Positions 26,926 through 40,329 of a stretch of 64,000 nucleotides of DNA are shown piece by piece. Positions within the stretch are counted from its first letter, which is position 1, and each line of letters starts with the position of its first letter. The notes under the pieces are model-generated. The model was not told the DNA's origin, did no database searches, and was given only the letters and a program-made list of their open reading frames with translations. Position numbers and translations under genes: made by a program. The stretch is from Felis catus (lineage: Eukaryota), in contig NC_058369.1 in assembly GCF_018350175.1 (NCBI RefSeq), forward strand, positions 23,128,001-23,192,000, in the 5' to 3' direction.

Positions 26926-28745
26926 TGTGGCAAATTATACCGATTGATATCGTTGTAAGAATATCATAATAACTTTGCCTTCCTGAGAGAAGCACTTTCA
27001 GTCATGATTTTTTTCTTCTTTTTATATATTGCTAGATTTTTGCTTTTATGTTCACAAAGGATATCAGTTTGTAGTGTGGTGGTGGTGGTGGTGGTGATTT
27101 TTATTTTTGTAATTTGTCAAGTTTTGACAATGACCACCTAAAAAATGATTTGAGAAGTATTTCTTTATCGTACAAAAAAGCTTGTGTAAGATTGCTCTGT
27201 TTTTCCTTGAATATTGTTACAGGCACTAATGAAACCATTTGGGCCTGGAGCTCTCTTTGTGGGGAATGTCTTAATTCCGAATTCATTTTCTTTTATAGAT
27301 TTAGCGATTTTTAGATTTCTTATATCAGTTTTGCTCATTTGTTTTCATGTAAGTTGTTGAATTTATTACCATAAGGATGTTCGTAATACTCTCTTGTACC
27401 TTTAATGTATTTAGGATCTATGGTGACAGCACCTCTTTCATTCCTGATATTGGAAATTTGTGCAGTCTAGTTATATATTTTTCAATTTTGGGGGTTATTT
27501 TCAAAGAACCAGCCTTTGGTTTCACCAATTTTACTCTTTTTGTTTACCCATTTTCTGTTGCATTGTTTTTTGTTCTTATTGTTTATTTCTTTATTTTCCT
27601 CTGATTGTGTGGTGTTCAATTTGGTTTTTGTCTAGTTTCTTAAGGTAAAGCTTTGACTATTGATATTAAACTTTTCTCCTTTTCTATTGTAAGCATTTGA
27701 AGCCATTTATTTCTTTCTAAGAGTTACTTTAGCCACATCTCACAGCTTTTGATAGTTGCATTTCTGTTTTTATTCAGTTCAAAATATTTTCTAATATTTC
27801 TTGTGATGAAAGGATTTTGTGACTCATGGGTTATTTAGAAGTGTATTATTTTCCAAATACCTCCAGATTTTACGGGATGCATTATTGTTACTGATTTCTA
27901 TTTTGATTCTCTTGTGTTCAGGGAATGTATCCTATTATTTCAATAATTTTGTTTCCTGACACTTGTTTTATAGCCCAGCATATGGACTTTCTCAGTGGAT
28001 ATTTCATATTTGTACCTGAAAAGAACATGTATGTTACAATTGTTGTGCATCTTGTTCTAGAAATAATAATTGGGTGAAATTGGTTGATAATGTTGTTCAT
28101 GTCTTTTATATCTTCACGGACTTTCTGACTGTTTTATGAATTGCTGAGAGGATTGTTGAAATCACTAGTGAAAATTCTAAATTCATATGTTTCAGTTTTT
28201 GATTCTGTCAATTGTTGCATCATGTATTTTGAAGCTCTGTTATGAGGAGAACACATTATGTCTTCTTGATGAATTGACCAATTTATTATTATGAATATTT
28301 TTATTATCTCTTATAGTATTCCTCATCTTAAAGACTATTTTGTTTGATATTAATATAGCCATTCAACTTTCTGTGATTATTGCTTTATATTGTTTTATTT
28401 ATATATTGTGGTATATATATTTCCATTTATTTTTTACCTTTAATCTACATTTTTTTTACTTACAAGGCATATTTTTGTAGGCAAAATATAGTTCGATCTC
28501 TTTTTCTTTCTATCCAGTCTAACAATCTTTACTTTTTAAATGGTGTATTTGATCCATTTACATTTAAAGTAATTATTTCTATTGTTTAGTTTCAAGTCTA
28601 CCTATATTGTTACAAATAGGTATCTAATCTGTTCTCTTATTTTTATTTTCATTTAAATCTACCATATTGTCATAAATAAGTGTATGTATTATATGTATTT
28701 ATAGGTGTACATATGTGTACACATAAATATAGATAATATGTATAT

Positions 28746-29120
28746 ACTTAACCCTTGAACAACATGGGTTTGAACTGTATAGGTCTACTTATATGCAGAT
28801 TTTTTCCAATAAATACAGTATAGTACAGTACTATAAATGTATTTTCTCTTCCTGATGATTTTCTTAATAACATTTTCTTTTTTCTAGCTTGCTTTATTAT
28901 AAGAATAAAGAACATTATATATATATGTATATATATATAATACATATTATAGGTATATATATGTATATATATATATATAATACAAAATATGTGTCAATCA
29001 ACTGTTTATGTTATTGGTAAGGCTTTCAGCCAACAGTAGCCTATTTATATTTAAGATTCTGGGTAGTCAAAAGTTATATGTGGACTTCTGATTATATGGG
29101 AGGTTGGTTGCCCCTGACTA
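28746..29120 (+). mobile_element. Tigger2-derived MITE, opposite orientation to the 13016 copy, with internal (TA)n; one TIR lost
   Basis: acccttgaacaacatgggtttgaactg...gattttcttaataacattttcttt...caacagtag...gtagtcaaaagttata, which is the reverse-complement homolog of 13016-13351. Confidence 0.85.
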
Positions 29121-29839
29121 CTTTATCTCCATTATCTGCCTGTTAGCTAAGCTGTACCTCTTAGTTGTGTCTTTTGAGTGGTTGCTCTAATGTAACAATT
29201 TGCATCTTCAACTTTTCACAGTCTCCCTTTCTCATAATGGAAGCAACTTACAACAGTATATTCCCATGCCCTTCCATTCTATGTGCTTTTATTATCATAC
29301 TTTTTACTCCCACATATATTATAAACCCCACACAATACATTGTTTTTATTTTGCTTAAAATAGTTAATTTAAAAGTGAGGAAAAGAATCTCATGTTTATC
29401 CACATATTTTCCATTTCTGGTCCTATTTATTCTTTTGCATAGAATCAAGCTTCCATCTGGAATCATTTTCCTTCAGCCTGAAGAACTTTTTAAAAAATCT
29501 TTTCTAAAGTGCAAGTCTGCTGACAGTGAATTTTCTCCTTTTTTTTTTTTTTTTGTCTGAAATGTTTTACTTCACCTTATTTTGGAGGGATATTTTCACT
29601 GGATATAGAATTTTAAATGTACTTTTTTTTTATTACAGTAGTTTAAACCAGTGGATCTATTATTATCTGACTTTTGTTGTTTCTGGTGAGAAGCCAGTGA
29701 TAATTCTTATCTTTGTACTATACATATGTAAATTTATTTTTGGGTTAATTTTAAGATTTTGTTGTTCTGATTGGTTTCAACAAATTTATTATACTGTGCC
29801 TTGGTATCGGTTTTTTGTGTGTGTTTCTCTTGCTTGAGG

Positions 29840-30020
29840 TTTTTTATTTATGTTTATTTATTTTTTTTAGAGAGAGAAAGAGAACAGAGGAGAGGCAGAG
29901 AGAGAGAGGGACACAGAAAATCTGAGGCAGGCTCCAACTGTCAGTGCAGAGCCTGACATGGGGTTCAAACCCATGAACTGTGAAATCATGACCTGACCAA
30001 CTGAGCCACCCAGGCACCCC
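29840..30020 (-). mobile_element. Carnivore SINE with short internal deletion
   Basis: ...atgacctga|ccaactgagccacccaggcacccc lacks the usual gccgaagtcggacgcttaa segment; TSD cttgcttga. Confidence 0.93.
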
Positions 30021-31657
30021 TTGCTTGATTACTAAGCTTCTTGCAGTGGCATGTTTATACATTTTACTCAATTTGAGATATTTAGCCACTTTTTTTAAAT
30101 TTGTTTTTGGTCTGTCCTCCACTGTACATGATTCTGAATTTCAATGGCACATATATTCATCTGCTTGATATTTTCCTACTGGTTACTAAAATTCTCTTTT
30201 AAACTGCCCCCCCCCCTTTATCTCTCTGTTTCAATTTCAGTTACTTCTGTTGCTGTGTCTTTAGATTCACTGATATTTCCTTCTGAAATATCTAAATAGC
30301 ACTTAAGCCTATCCAGTGGACTTTTTTTTTTTAAGTACTATGTTTCTCCAGTCTAGGGGTTTTATTTCATTTTGATTTTTACTGAGTTTTAGAATTTGTT
30401 TTTACTATTTAGTTCTCTCTTCATAATGTTCAAGTTTTCCTTTAAATCCTTGATTATATCCTTAATAACTTATTTAAAGTGATGTTCCCAATTGCATCAT
30501 TTCTGGGTATATTTCTATTGGTTGATTATTTTCCTTGATAAGAGTCACATTTTCCTGTTTCTGTATTTAGTAGGGTTTTTTTTTTTTCTTTTTATTAACT
30601 GTTGGGCATAATGACATCATGATTGTGGGCATGTGGTATTAAGGGTCTGGATTTTGTTGCCTTCCTTTAAAGAGTGTTGAGTTCTGTTCTAATGGCCAGT
30701 TAATTTACTTATGTCTGAGCTTGGCCTTTTAAATGCTTTCTTTTAAGCTTTGATTAGGCAGGTATGATGTATCTTTCAGTCTAAAGCTAGTTTATATGTA
30801 ATCCTAGGAACAACTTCCCTGGAGTTCCTACCAAATGTTCCAGGTATTTAACAGAGAATTCTCTTCTGACTAGCTGGAACTTGTAAATTTCTAACCATGG
30901 TTGAAGACCAACAGATTTATTTTTAACTTCAAATTTATTGAAGTTCCCCTCCTTACCCTACCCTTACCCAATAATTGTGTTTTGCCCAGTCCTGTGGAGT
31001 TTCACACTATACATACTTATTTTAGCATTAAATCAAAGACTCAAGAAGACCTCCCTGTCAGTTTTTGGAGCTCTTTCTCTGTATAGCTTTCTCTCTCCAG
31101 TTCTCTACCTTGAAAAATTCCGCCACCTCAGCCTTAATAAACTCTGATTAATTCTTCCTCAATTCAGCACAACTACTAGGCTTTACATGGGCTCAATCAC
31201 CCTACCCTAGGGTCTTATAACTGCCACCAGGAAGAATATTGGAGTGATCATGAGTCTCACCTCACCTTTTTGCCTTCTTGGAAGCAAAGTGACCAATTGC
31301 TGATCAATACCGAAGGACTTTTTTGTGTATGTATTCTTTCCACCTATTTGTTTGTGTCAAGAGGGCTAATCCAATACTAGTTATTCTATTGTGACCACAG
31401 TAGAAGTTTAGAAATAAAAGATGATAATGATTAGTTGATTAGTTTTTTTTTATCTTCAAGATCCCTTAATTAAATTGTTTCACTTGTTTATTTGTATTCA
31501 CAGTTAACAAACATATTGGGTTTAGATTACTGTTACCAGAGAATAATGCTCATATCTTTTCTGAACTTCTTAAGACAGTAACAATTTACTGGATATGACA
31601 TTGAGATCATTTTTATTTAAATGTAATACTGTACTAAGTTTAATTGTGATGGTCCCT

Positions 31658-31868
31658 TTTATTTTAATTTTTTTAATGTTTATTTTTTGAGAGAGAGAGA
31701 GACTATGAGTGGGGAAGGGGCAGAGAGAGAGGGAGACACAGAACCCAAAGCAGGCTCCAGGCTCTGAGCTGTCAGTGCAGAGTCTGACACGGGGCTGAGC
31801 TCATGGACCATAAGATCATGACCAGAGCTGAAGTCAGGTGCTGAACTGACTGAGCCACCCAGGCACCC
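31658..31868 (-). mobile_element. Carnivore SINE
   Basis: Poly-T, (GA)n, ...gagccacccaggcaccc; TSD tgat[g/a]gtcc. Confidence 0.95.
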
Positions 31869-32008
31869 TGATAGTCCTCTTGATTTTATTTATGCTGCTT
31901 TTTTTGTTCCTTAATCACGTTACCTAACTTATGAGTTCAATATAAATGACAGCATCGTAGCTCAGCTTTTAACATTTGGATTCCTCTTGCTTTTAAATAC
32001 TAACTTCA

Positions 32009-32208
32009 GGGGCACCTGGGTGGCTCAGTTGATTAAGTGTCTCTGGCTCAGGTCACCACCTCACAATTCATGTGTTCGAGCCCTGCACTGGGCTCTGCAC
32101 TGACAGTGCGGAGCCTGCTTGGGATTCTCTGTCTCCCTCTCTTTCTGCCCCTTTCCCACTCTCTCTCTTTCTCTCTCTCTCAAAATAAATAAATAAACTT
32201 AAAAAAAT
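32009..32208 (+). mobile_element. Carnivore SINE
   Basis: GGGGCACCTGGGTGGCTCAG head, (CT)n, AATAAA/A tail; no clear TSD. Confidence 0.93.
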
Positions 32209-35200
32209 GTGAAATTTAGAAGTACATTATTAGCCTCTTTGAGATTTGGGCCCAAGTGTCAGTGGTAAGACCTGACTTTCTTAACTAAGAGAAAGAAAAT
32301 CCTATAATAACAAAAAAGGCACTAGGAAGTAAAGATATTTGATAAGAGTTACTCTGTTTTATGATTTAATTATAAGCTAATAAAGACCATGAGAAAAATT
32401 CCACTGTAAATACACACGGACTTCAAAATTGTAGGAACATGTGTTTGGCAAAAAGTACTTAAAGATCGCCAAACACCAGATTTGGGGGGTGAGGAGCAAA
32501 ATGTATTTTGAGAGGTCAGCAGTTGCAGCATATTAATAGGTCTCCTTCTTCCTAGACATAACCAATATCAGCCTGAAGTACTATGGGAGTCAGTGTGTCA
32601 GCAGGCGTGAGTGGAAGACAAAGCTCCCTTCTGTTCTACTGCCAAGCAGACCACTTAATTTTTATTTTTATATTGTATTCCTTTCATTATCCATCAATAG
32701 ATTATTCTAAGCTTTTAGAAGAAGACTAATTGGATTATGTGACTTGTTTATCCTATTGGGTCAAAAAACAAGGTTTGGAGTCAGTCTTCCTGTCTTTGGA
32801 ATGTAAATGGCTATATCTAGCCCCTAGAGTTGTGGGAGAATTTCTCATGAGGATGCATTCAGAGACCTTAACTCCTGGCCTGGCTTAGAGTAAGCACCCA
32901 CTCAGCATGTGCAAGTTCTCATTGTTAGTAAATCGTATCCAGTCTTGACTTGCAAAGTGCCCAGATGCACAAAGAGAACTAGTATCATTCAACACATGGC
33001 TTTGGCAGTTCTTCCTCTTTCCAGGTGAACATAAATACATTCACTAATGGGCCAAGGTGAAAACAATATGTAAGAGAAGGAAATGCTTGTAGATGTTTTC
33101 ACAGAAAAGAACTCATAAACTAGAATCACAGACTTTTCACAGGCTGGAATCACCGAGTGGGGAGTTTCCTGAAGGATCCCCTAACTGAGAACACCAACAG
33201 AGGATTATCTGTCACCCACAGCTCACACCTTTACTCTTTCTTAAATGTTTATTTAATGTGTTCACATCTGTGAGATGCAAACTTGATAGAGAAACTATAT
33301 AGTCTCTTGCTTTTGCTTGATAGGTAATAATGTTTTTCATAGGCAGCAGGAAATGGAAGGACCTTTGAGTTATAGCTAGAGTTAGAGATCATCTATCAGT
33401 GAAATGTATTGCTTATCACGTTGGCCACTAAAGACTATAGTACTGACACGGTGGCCCATTCTTTGTAAGTGTGCAGAATACATGTGTACTTTCATTTCTG
33501 TCCCCTTTGATTTTTTCTGTGTTAAATTCTGTATATGTATATATATTTTTTTCCACAGTAGACATGGAGAGTGACTGGAGAGTCATTCACTTTATAATTA
33601 ACAAAGGATGTGTATTGAGGGGAGGGTCTTTCTGGTCATCTTTCTTGGAGGCCTAATATATCTAGTTAAGTTGCTCTACAGATTTCTTTGTGGTTCAACA
33701 GTTTGGCAGATCCCTGCAAATTCTCTCTTGGAAGACATCTGTTGAGTGAAGTAATGGCTTCACTGCAGACTCTTGAGTTTTCGTTACTTTTCCTCTGTGG
33801 GTTTTCAGTGTCTCCTTTTGTGGAGAGGGTGGAAACCCATTCGTCTCTTTTGGAGGGTTTCAAGTTCTTTGGCTCATCATCTCCCCTGGTAAGACCTTCC
33901 TTGGAGGACCGTTCTGGCCACTGCTGACCCTTCAGATTCTCTAAGTCTATGACCTGCCAAATGGGCTCTCTGCTTCCAGACGTCAAGACCCATGTCTCTC
34001 CCAGGTGGCTGCAGATCCAGGTGATGGGAAGCTGAAAGAAAGTATCAGTACCTTCCTCTGTTGCACCCCTGTTGGTACTTCTCCTCCTACATCCCTTTCC
34101 TCCCACAACCTTCTCAGTACAACGTCTCCTTATATGGCCCTGAGTTGGCTCCAAGTTCATAGTCTCAGAGGAGTTATATGACATGCATAAATTATGAAAC
34201 ATTTTTGCAAATTAAGTTTTAATTAAAACCAGCAGCTTAGAGCATCCAACTGGAAGCAGTCACAATGTTGAAAAGTGACACTGGTAGGGTGGGAGTTCAG
34301 GAGAAGGTCTGAGTTGGTTTGCATCCTGTTCAGATATTTCCAAAGTGAATGCTGCAGAAACGAGCTTCCTTCCCTATCAGATCCTCCTTAATCTACATGG
34401 ATCCCTGGACTGCCATGTGAACCAATGTGGTTTTCAAACAGGAAATACAAATGCATCATGGTGGTGGTTTTATCTGTACTTTGCCAAATTTCCTTTTGAT
34501 TCTACCAACCCATGTTCTCACAGGAAACCAGCAGGACCTTGGGCTCCCCCACACTGCCAGAACTCCAGATAATTTTTCAGCAAGATGACCACACAAAATA
34601 AGGCTGAGGAATGACAATTTTAATTGGAAACTTATTTTTCCGATACAATGCAGAGTTCAAGTCTGATGAGAAATGACTTCTTATTGTGAGAATTTTTAGA
34701 ACATTATAACAAGCAAAATGTCTGGGGCTTTCCCCCAGCTGATAGTCCTTAGCTATATGTAATGTGAGAATTGTTCTGGTCTGCCCATTAATAATCCACA
34801 TTTTCCAGCGTCCCCCAAAAATGTCTGCCATCAAGTGAATAATTTATGCAGTCTTGCCTTTCATGTAGGCAAGGGTCTACTGCTGCAACAAAAACACCAG
34901 ATTTTTTTGATCCAAAATTAAGTTTGAAAAATCTGACCTTTAGTTATCAATCCACTTCTTTTCTACTAAATAACCTGAAGGTGCTAGTCTGCAGTAAGCA
35001 GTGCCGTGTTCTCTGGAGACCCGCAACCGAGCTAGCCCTTTGGCCATTCAGGAATTTTAAAGTTGAATATCCTCTCTGTCTTTAACTCATTTGGGCTATG
35101 GAAAAAGTTCATCCCTATAATCTAACCTTTAAAAACTACTGGAAGATTTTTTTAAGATGATAACACCTAGAATTGGCTTAGGGGTGGTGAAGTGGATATT

Positions 35201-35209
35201 GGAAAGAGA

Positions 35210-35620
35210 GAATCCTGCTCCGAGTGTAAATTAGAACAACATTCTTGAAAGTACATGGACTGAAATACGCAATGCCCTTTAACTAATAATTCAACTCCTT
35301 TAAAAGTTGATAGTGTGTGTAACAGTTTTACTACAAGGATGTTTATTGCAGTCATTTGCATTAGTGACAAAGAGAATACAGCCTAGGTAGCCAATATTAA
35401 GGAAACCAATCAGTAATTTATCATCTGTTCAAATAATGGAATACCGTGTAGTCATTTAAAATAATGTTGACTAAGAATAACAACGGATGCAAGGGAAATA
35501 ATGGATGTTAGCGTCATAAGCGGCCTTAAATGTCTCCTTTTACCTCTCTTTTGATATCTGATTTTCTACAAGGAACATGCATTGCTTATATGACTTTTGT
35601 TCTAACGAAACACTTTAAAA
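35210..35620 (+). mobile_element. Degenerate L1ME-like 3' fragment
   Basis: acaaggatgtttattgcagtc...aatggaataccgtgtagtcatttaaaa. Confidence 0.55.
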
Positions 35621-37069
35621 AAGCAAATGTGTTGTATAGAAAGGTCTTTCTGTCCATGTTTGTCTTGCTTTTAAACACACTGTTTGAAAAATAAGTTCAA
35701 GTTCCATCTATACCCCAAACTAGATCTTAAGAAATCATTAAGTTGTAGATGGTCAGATAACACTCAAACTGATAAAAGCAAGAAAATTTGGAATACACAG
35801 AGAACCATTCTTCCAAATGAGTCTTTCTAACAGGTCTTAAAGGACTTGTAGAATATGAAGCAAAAATTCCAATAGGGACTTAAATGATTTTAAGGTGGAA
35901 AAAGCAGTTATATTTATTTTCTTTTATTAGCCCTCTTTTTAGTCTTGCCCTCCACTCTGCAGGGTTGTCTACTTCCATCACTGCTCTCCTTCTTCTCTCC
36001 TCCTCCTCCCCTATCATCACCACCTTGAGGAGGGATTAGTCAAAGCCATGAGGCTGGAGGGGTGGCCTCAATAAGGGATTGTAGACGAGTAACGGGGTGC
36101 CAAGCGGGGAGGAGATTCTGTGGAGCAGGACGAGGACACAAAAAGCCACCTTTTGTCTTCTGACTTAATTGATATTTTCATAAGACCAAAATATGATGCC
36201 CTGTAATTTTGAAAGGAAATTTCACATATGTCATTGGAAATCTTTTGAGGAAATTGCTCCCGAGTATTTTTGAAGTTGAACAAACAATCCAGAAATATTT
36301 TGATGACTCCCTTGATTTGTATAAGTAAAATCTAGTTGTGGGCAGCTATGGTGTATACTAGAAGTGACCAGCTGCAAGTATCTATGGGAATAATGAGAAC
36401 TCAGTTCACTCAGGATGTCCCCATACCTCCTACTAAGCTGGGAGCCACTAGAAAACTAACTCCCATGGATGGGCATGGGCTCAAGTGACACCGGTGGCAC
36501 TAAGTTCTGTCCCTATAACTTCACACCTTCCATAGACTACTCTTCAGCCCCATTTGGTGCACTGGTCCCAGAGGTGTGTCCTCTCACACTCTAGTGAAGA
36601 GAGGAAAGGAAAGACGAGAGAAATAGGGAGCAGGATGTAATTATTGATTACTTCTATAAAAGTCCTCACTAGATTAGTTTAGATCACATGTCCACTCCGA
36701 GCCAGTTGCTATGGCCAGCGTAGAGTGATTAATTGGTTGGTACTGTCCACATGACAGGGCTTCGTGCAAAGCCTTACCCAGAGAATGGGGACTACTACAA
36801 AAGGAAGGTGCTCCTACTGAGAACAAAGAGACATACGTCCATTGTTAAGAGTCACACACCTAAGACACCTTATCCAGGCCTTATCACTTCTTCATATAAC
36901 TTCATATAACCCTTCATATAAAGCACTGAGGGAGATTGTGATTTCAGGTCTGTGGGCTCATTTGTGGACCATGAGGTACTTGGTTATTGGTATAATCTCT
37001 CACACATTGTAAGGTTGGGCCAACTCTGAAAACTCCAGAGGTTACAAGGTCAAGGGGTAAAAATGACAA

Positions 37070-37270
37070 CTATTGTGGGCCAGTGGCTGTTGTAGGTTCT
37101 CAGCATTTTTCTTACCTAATCCTCACGTTAATCCCTTGCAATGATGTTATTATTACAGTATTATAGGTGAGAAATCTGGAACTCAGAGATAATATATTTC
37201 TGTCCATGTCCTTGTGGCTACTAAGTAGTAGAGGTAGGATTTGAAACCTGGCCTATCAGACTCTAATGCT
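37070..37270 (-). mobile_element. MIR
   Basis: taatcctcac...ataggtgagaaatctggaactcagaga...ggatttgaaacctggcctatcagactc. Confidence 0.7.
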
Positions 37271-37558
37271 CTCCCTCCTTCTTCCTTCATTCCTGCTTCC
37301 TTTATTCAGCTCTCTTTTCTTCCTGTCCCCCTACCCTTTCTTTCCTTCTTTCCTTTCTTTCCTTCCTCCTTCCCTCTCTTCCTCCTTCCTTTCCTTTCCT
37401 TTCCTTTCCTTTCCTTTCCTTTCCTTTCCTTTCCTTTCATCACCTTCCCTTCTCTGCCCTTCCCTTCCCTTCCATTCCCTTCCATTAAATTTCCTTTCCT
37501 TGTCTTCCTTCCTTCCTTCCTTCCTTCCTTCCTTCCTTTTCTCCTTCTTCTACCCCTC
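37271..37558. repeat. Polypyrimidine compound repeat (TTTCC)n/(TTCCC)n/(TTCC)n
   Basis: Directly visible; explains ORFs at 37241-37675. Confidence 0.93.
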
Positions 37559-38030
37559 CAACAAACATGTACTGAATTAGTAGCAAGGGCCACATACAGT
37601 ACAGGTGTAGTCCCTGGTGACAAAACAATGAATATGGCCCCTGAATGGATCTTAAATTCTCATGTGGAGAGGTAATTAAAAAGTAAACAAGAAGATTACA
37701 GAAGGTGATACATGCTAAGACAGGAATCAACAATATGATGTCATAGTAAGACACTTGGTTAAGATAGGGACTTCAGTCAGAGGAGGTGCCACCAGAGCTG
37801 AAATCTGACAGATGGGGAGGAACTGGTGAGGCCAGGTTTGTTGGGGGGTGGTCAGGGAACTGACATGGACAGGGGACAAGAGCATCAGCCATTCAGAGAA
37901 AATAGCTACACAAAGGCTTTGAGGCAAGTGAGGTGTGGACAACAGGGCTGGCAAAGTACCAGGTTTATATTTTTAGACTATTTTCGATGCAGTATAGACA
38001 CGGGGCTGGGGAGGAGTCAAAGTGAAGAGA
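37559..38030 (-). mobile_element. L2 3' fragment
   Basis: caacaaacatgtactgaa... L2 3'-end-like start; gacttcagtcagaggaggtg...gagctgaaatctga. Confidence 0.55.
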
Positions 38031-39039
38031 TGGATGAGAACAGTGGTGACTCGGTGTGGGGTGGCAGAGTGGATGGATGTGGGACAGGAACTACACCACC
38101 AGATCTTACTTAGCTCATCAGAGACCTTCCCTCCTTGGTATGTGGGTTTTGGAGTTTGAGCCAATTAGCGGAGCTTCCTCTGATATATAAGAGGAATAGG
38201 GATCTTTATCCACATTGCTTAATGAAGAAGAATGGAAGATTTTAAATGCAAACACGCACAAGAGAAATAAACGAACACAAGGAACCTTTGCAGCTAGCAG
38301 GGATTTATCGTTCATTCATAAGCCTGAGGCAAAAGGCCAGTTTTACAAATGGAAGAAACATATGTAAGCCAGGCTTTTTTTGTTTTACACAGTTGGCAGG
38401 AAAATACTTTGTTTCTCATTTGGTCTTTACATATTTCATAGTGAAATGTGTTGTTTTGATCAATAGATCTTTAATTGGAGTTTTATTTTTAAAAGGGAGT
38501 CCATTCAACGCTGGAACTTCGTTGAGTGGGAGTGATGGATGCACATCCCCTCCGTTGCCCCATGACTCTGTGCAGACTCTGAGATAGAAATGAAGGGAAT
38601 GAGGAAAGTTAAAACAAAAACACTCCATTGCCATGGTGGAGGAACTGTCTCGCTTTGAAGCACCTTTATGTAGCTTCAGGGACTCCCAGTCCTCTCCAAT
38701 CTCCTGCCTGCCCCCTGGCTCCTTACCCCTCACTCTTTTCACTGGCTCCCTTTGGCTCCCAGACCTCTACCTGGTGGGATGCTCCTGATTCTGTCTCCAA
38801 CACAAGCTCTCTTTTATCTGCAGCCACTCTGTCAGTGACCTCATCAGCATACTGTCAATGACCATGCTGCCCAGCCTCTACCTCTGCCTGCAAATCTAGG
38901 AGACACCCTAAAATTGTTAATCTGGAAAGCTTCCCTCATATATGCTCCTCCTTTTGTCTTTTTCCTTTCAGTAAATGGATCTTCCATTTTTGCATTTCCC
39001 TGAACCAAAAACCCTTGGATGCACCCTTGATGTCCCTCC

Positions 39040-39249
39040 TTTTTTAAAAAAAAATTAAGTTTATTTATTTTGAGAGAGAGAGAGCGAGCAGGGGATGGGA
39101 GAGAGAGAGAAAGAGAGAGAGAATCCCAAGCAGGCTCTGCACTGTCAGCACAGAGTCCAGTGTGGGGCTCGATCCCACAAACCTCAAGATATGACCTGAA
39201 CTGAGATCAAGAGTCAGACGCTTAACTGACTGAGCCACCCAGGTGCCCC
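39040..39249 (-). mobile_element. Carnivore SINE inserted in an L2-like region (about 38660-39420)
   Basis: T tail, (GA)n, gaatcccaagcaggctc...gagccacccaggtgcccc. Confidence 0.94.
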
Positions 39250-39429
39250 TCTTCTTTTATATTCTCATTTCTGTCTCCATCATTTCTACTTTCAGATAGA
39301 TCTAGGGTCAGACAACTGCCACCTCCACCACTAGCACTCTGATTCAGTTCTCCATTATTTTTTTTTTTACCTGGATTGTCCGCTGTCCTTTGAACTGGTC
39401 TCCCTTCTCAAATCCTGTCTTTGCTGCTC

Positions 39430-39570
39430 TCTGGCCATGTGACCTTGTAGTTTCATCATCTACAAAACTGGGGAAATAATAGAACCCACCCAAAAAGGTT
39501 CCTGTGAGTTTTCAATAAATTAATATAGCTGAAGCACTTAGAATGGTGGATAGCTTGCTATAGCTGTTAT
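39430..39570 (+). mobile_element. MIR
   Basis: tgtgaccttg...agtttcatcatctacaaaactggggaaataatagaaccc...aagcacttagaa. Confidence 0.7.
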
Positions 39571-40329
39571 AATTGCCTGTCATTACTGCTGTCCGCACCA
39601 TCCTAATGGGTGGTTTCCATCCTCAAGATAACCTCATAGTCCAGAATAACTGCTAGAGTACCAGCCATCACATCTGTCTTACTGGCAGCAGGATGGAAGG
39701 AGTCGTTTTAAGGACACTATCTGGAAAAGTCATATCCATGGATATCTCATTGACCATGACTGAATCACTTAGCCACACCAAGCTCTTACAGGGTCATTTA
39801 GCTGACTCTGGCTAAATGTTTGGTTGCTGTTACCAAAACAGAAGGGCAGAGCGGCAGTTATTGTAAGTAACTGTACTGCAAATGGGAGGCATGTGGTATT
39901 ATGTGTGACGAGGACATATGATGCAAGAGGTCAGACGGAGCTTCTTTGAGGTAATGACAACTGACCAGAGAAGTAGGCAAGCAGGTAGGGGTATGAGGGA
40001 GAGTCCCAGGATGAAGCAAGAACAAGCATAAATGTCTGCGACAGGAGAGGGTATGGTAAGTATCTATGCTCATGGTATATCATGCACCACATGCTGAGAA
40101 ATATGGTAAGCTGGATTCTCTGTCTCCATCCAGGCTCTCCCATAAGGGTGGTGCTGGAATTTCTCATCCCGCTTTCCAGTATGGGAGATGCCCAGAAGGA
40201 ATGGCCTGAGAAGTCCCTAAATCCTTCAAGAGCTTGGGTTAGTGCTGATACCCTTTGTCTACATGAGAAGAAGCACTTTGAGCCTGATGGCTAAAGCAGA
40301 GGCAGGGCTGCAGAGAAACTTGACTTTGA

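Larger units (their letters stand above)
27000..31410 (-). mobile_element. Old decayed L1 (L1M/L1ME-like, 5' region to mid-ORF2) carrying nested Tigger2 and SINE
   Basis: T-rich + strand. Minus-strand ORF 27918-28100 (NNIINQFHPIIISRT...TYMFFSG...IEII) resembles the ORF2 endonuclease; 27101-27286 aligns, with frameshifts, to the region before the RT domain. Confidence 0.85.

Noticed and set aside
33666..34202. 178-aa minus-strand ORF, possible retrocopy or LTR remnant
   Set aside because: No recognisable protein similarity, poly(A) tail or TSD; I could not assign it. BLASTX and Dfam searches would settle it.
36889..36921. cttcatataa repeated three times
   Set aside because: Ordinary short tandem slippage; no spacers, not CRISPR-like.
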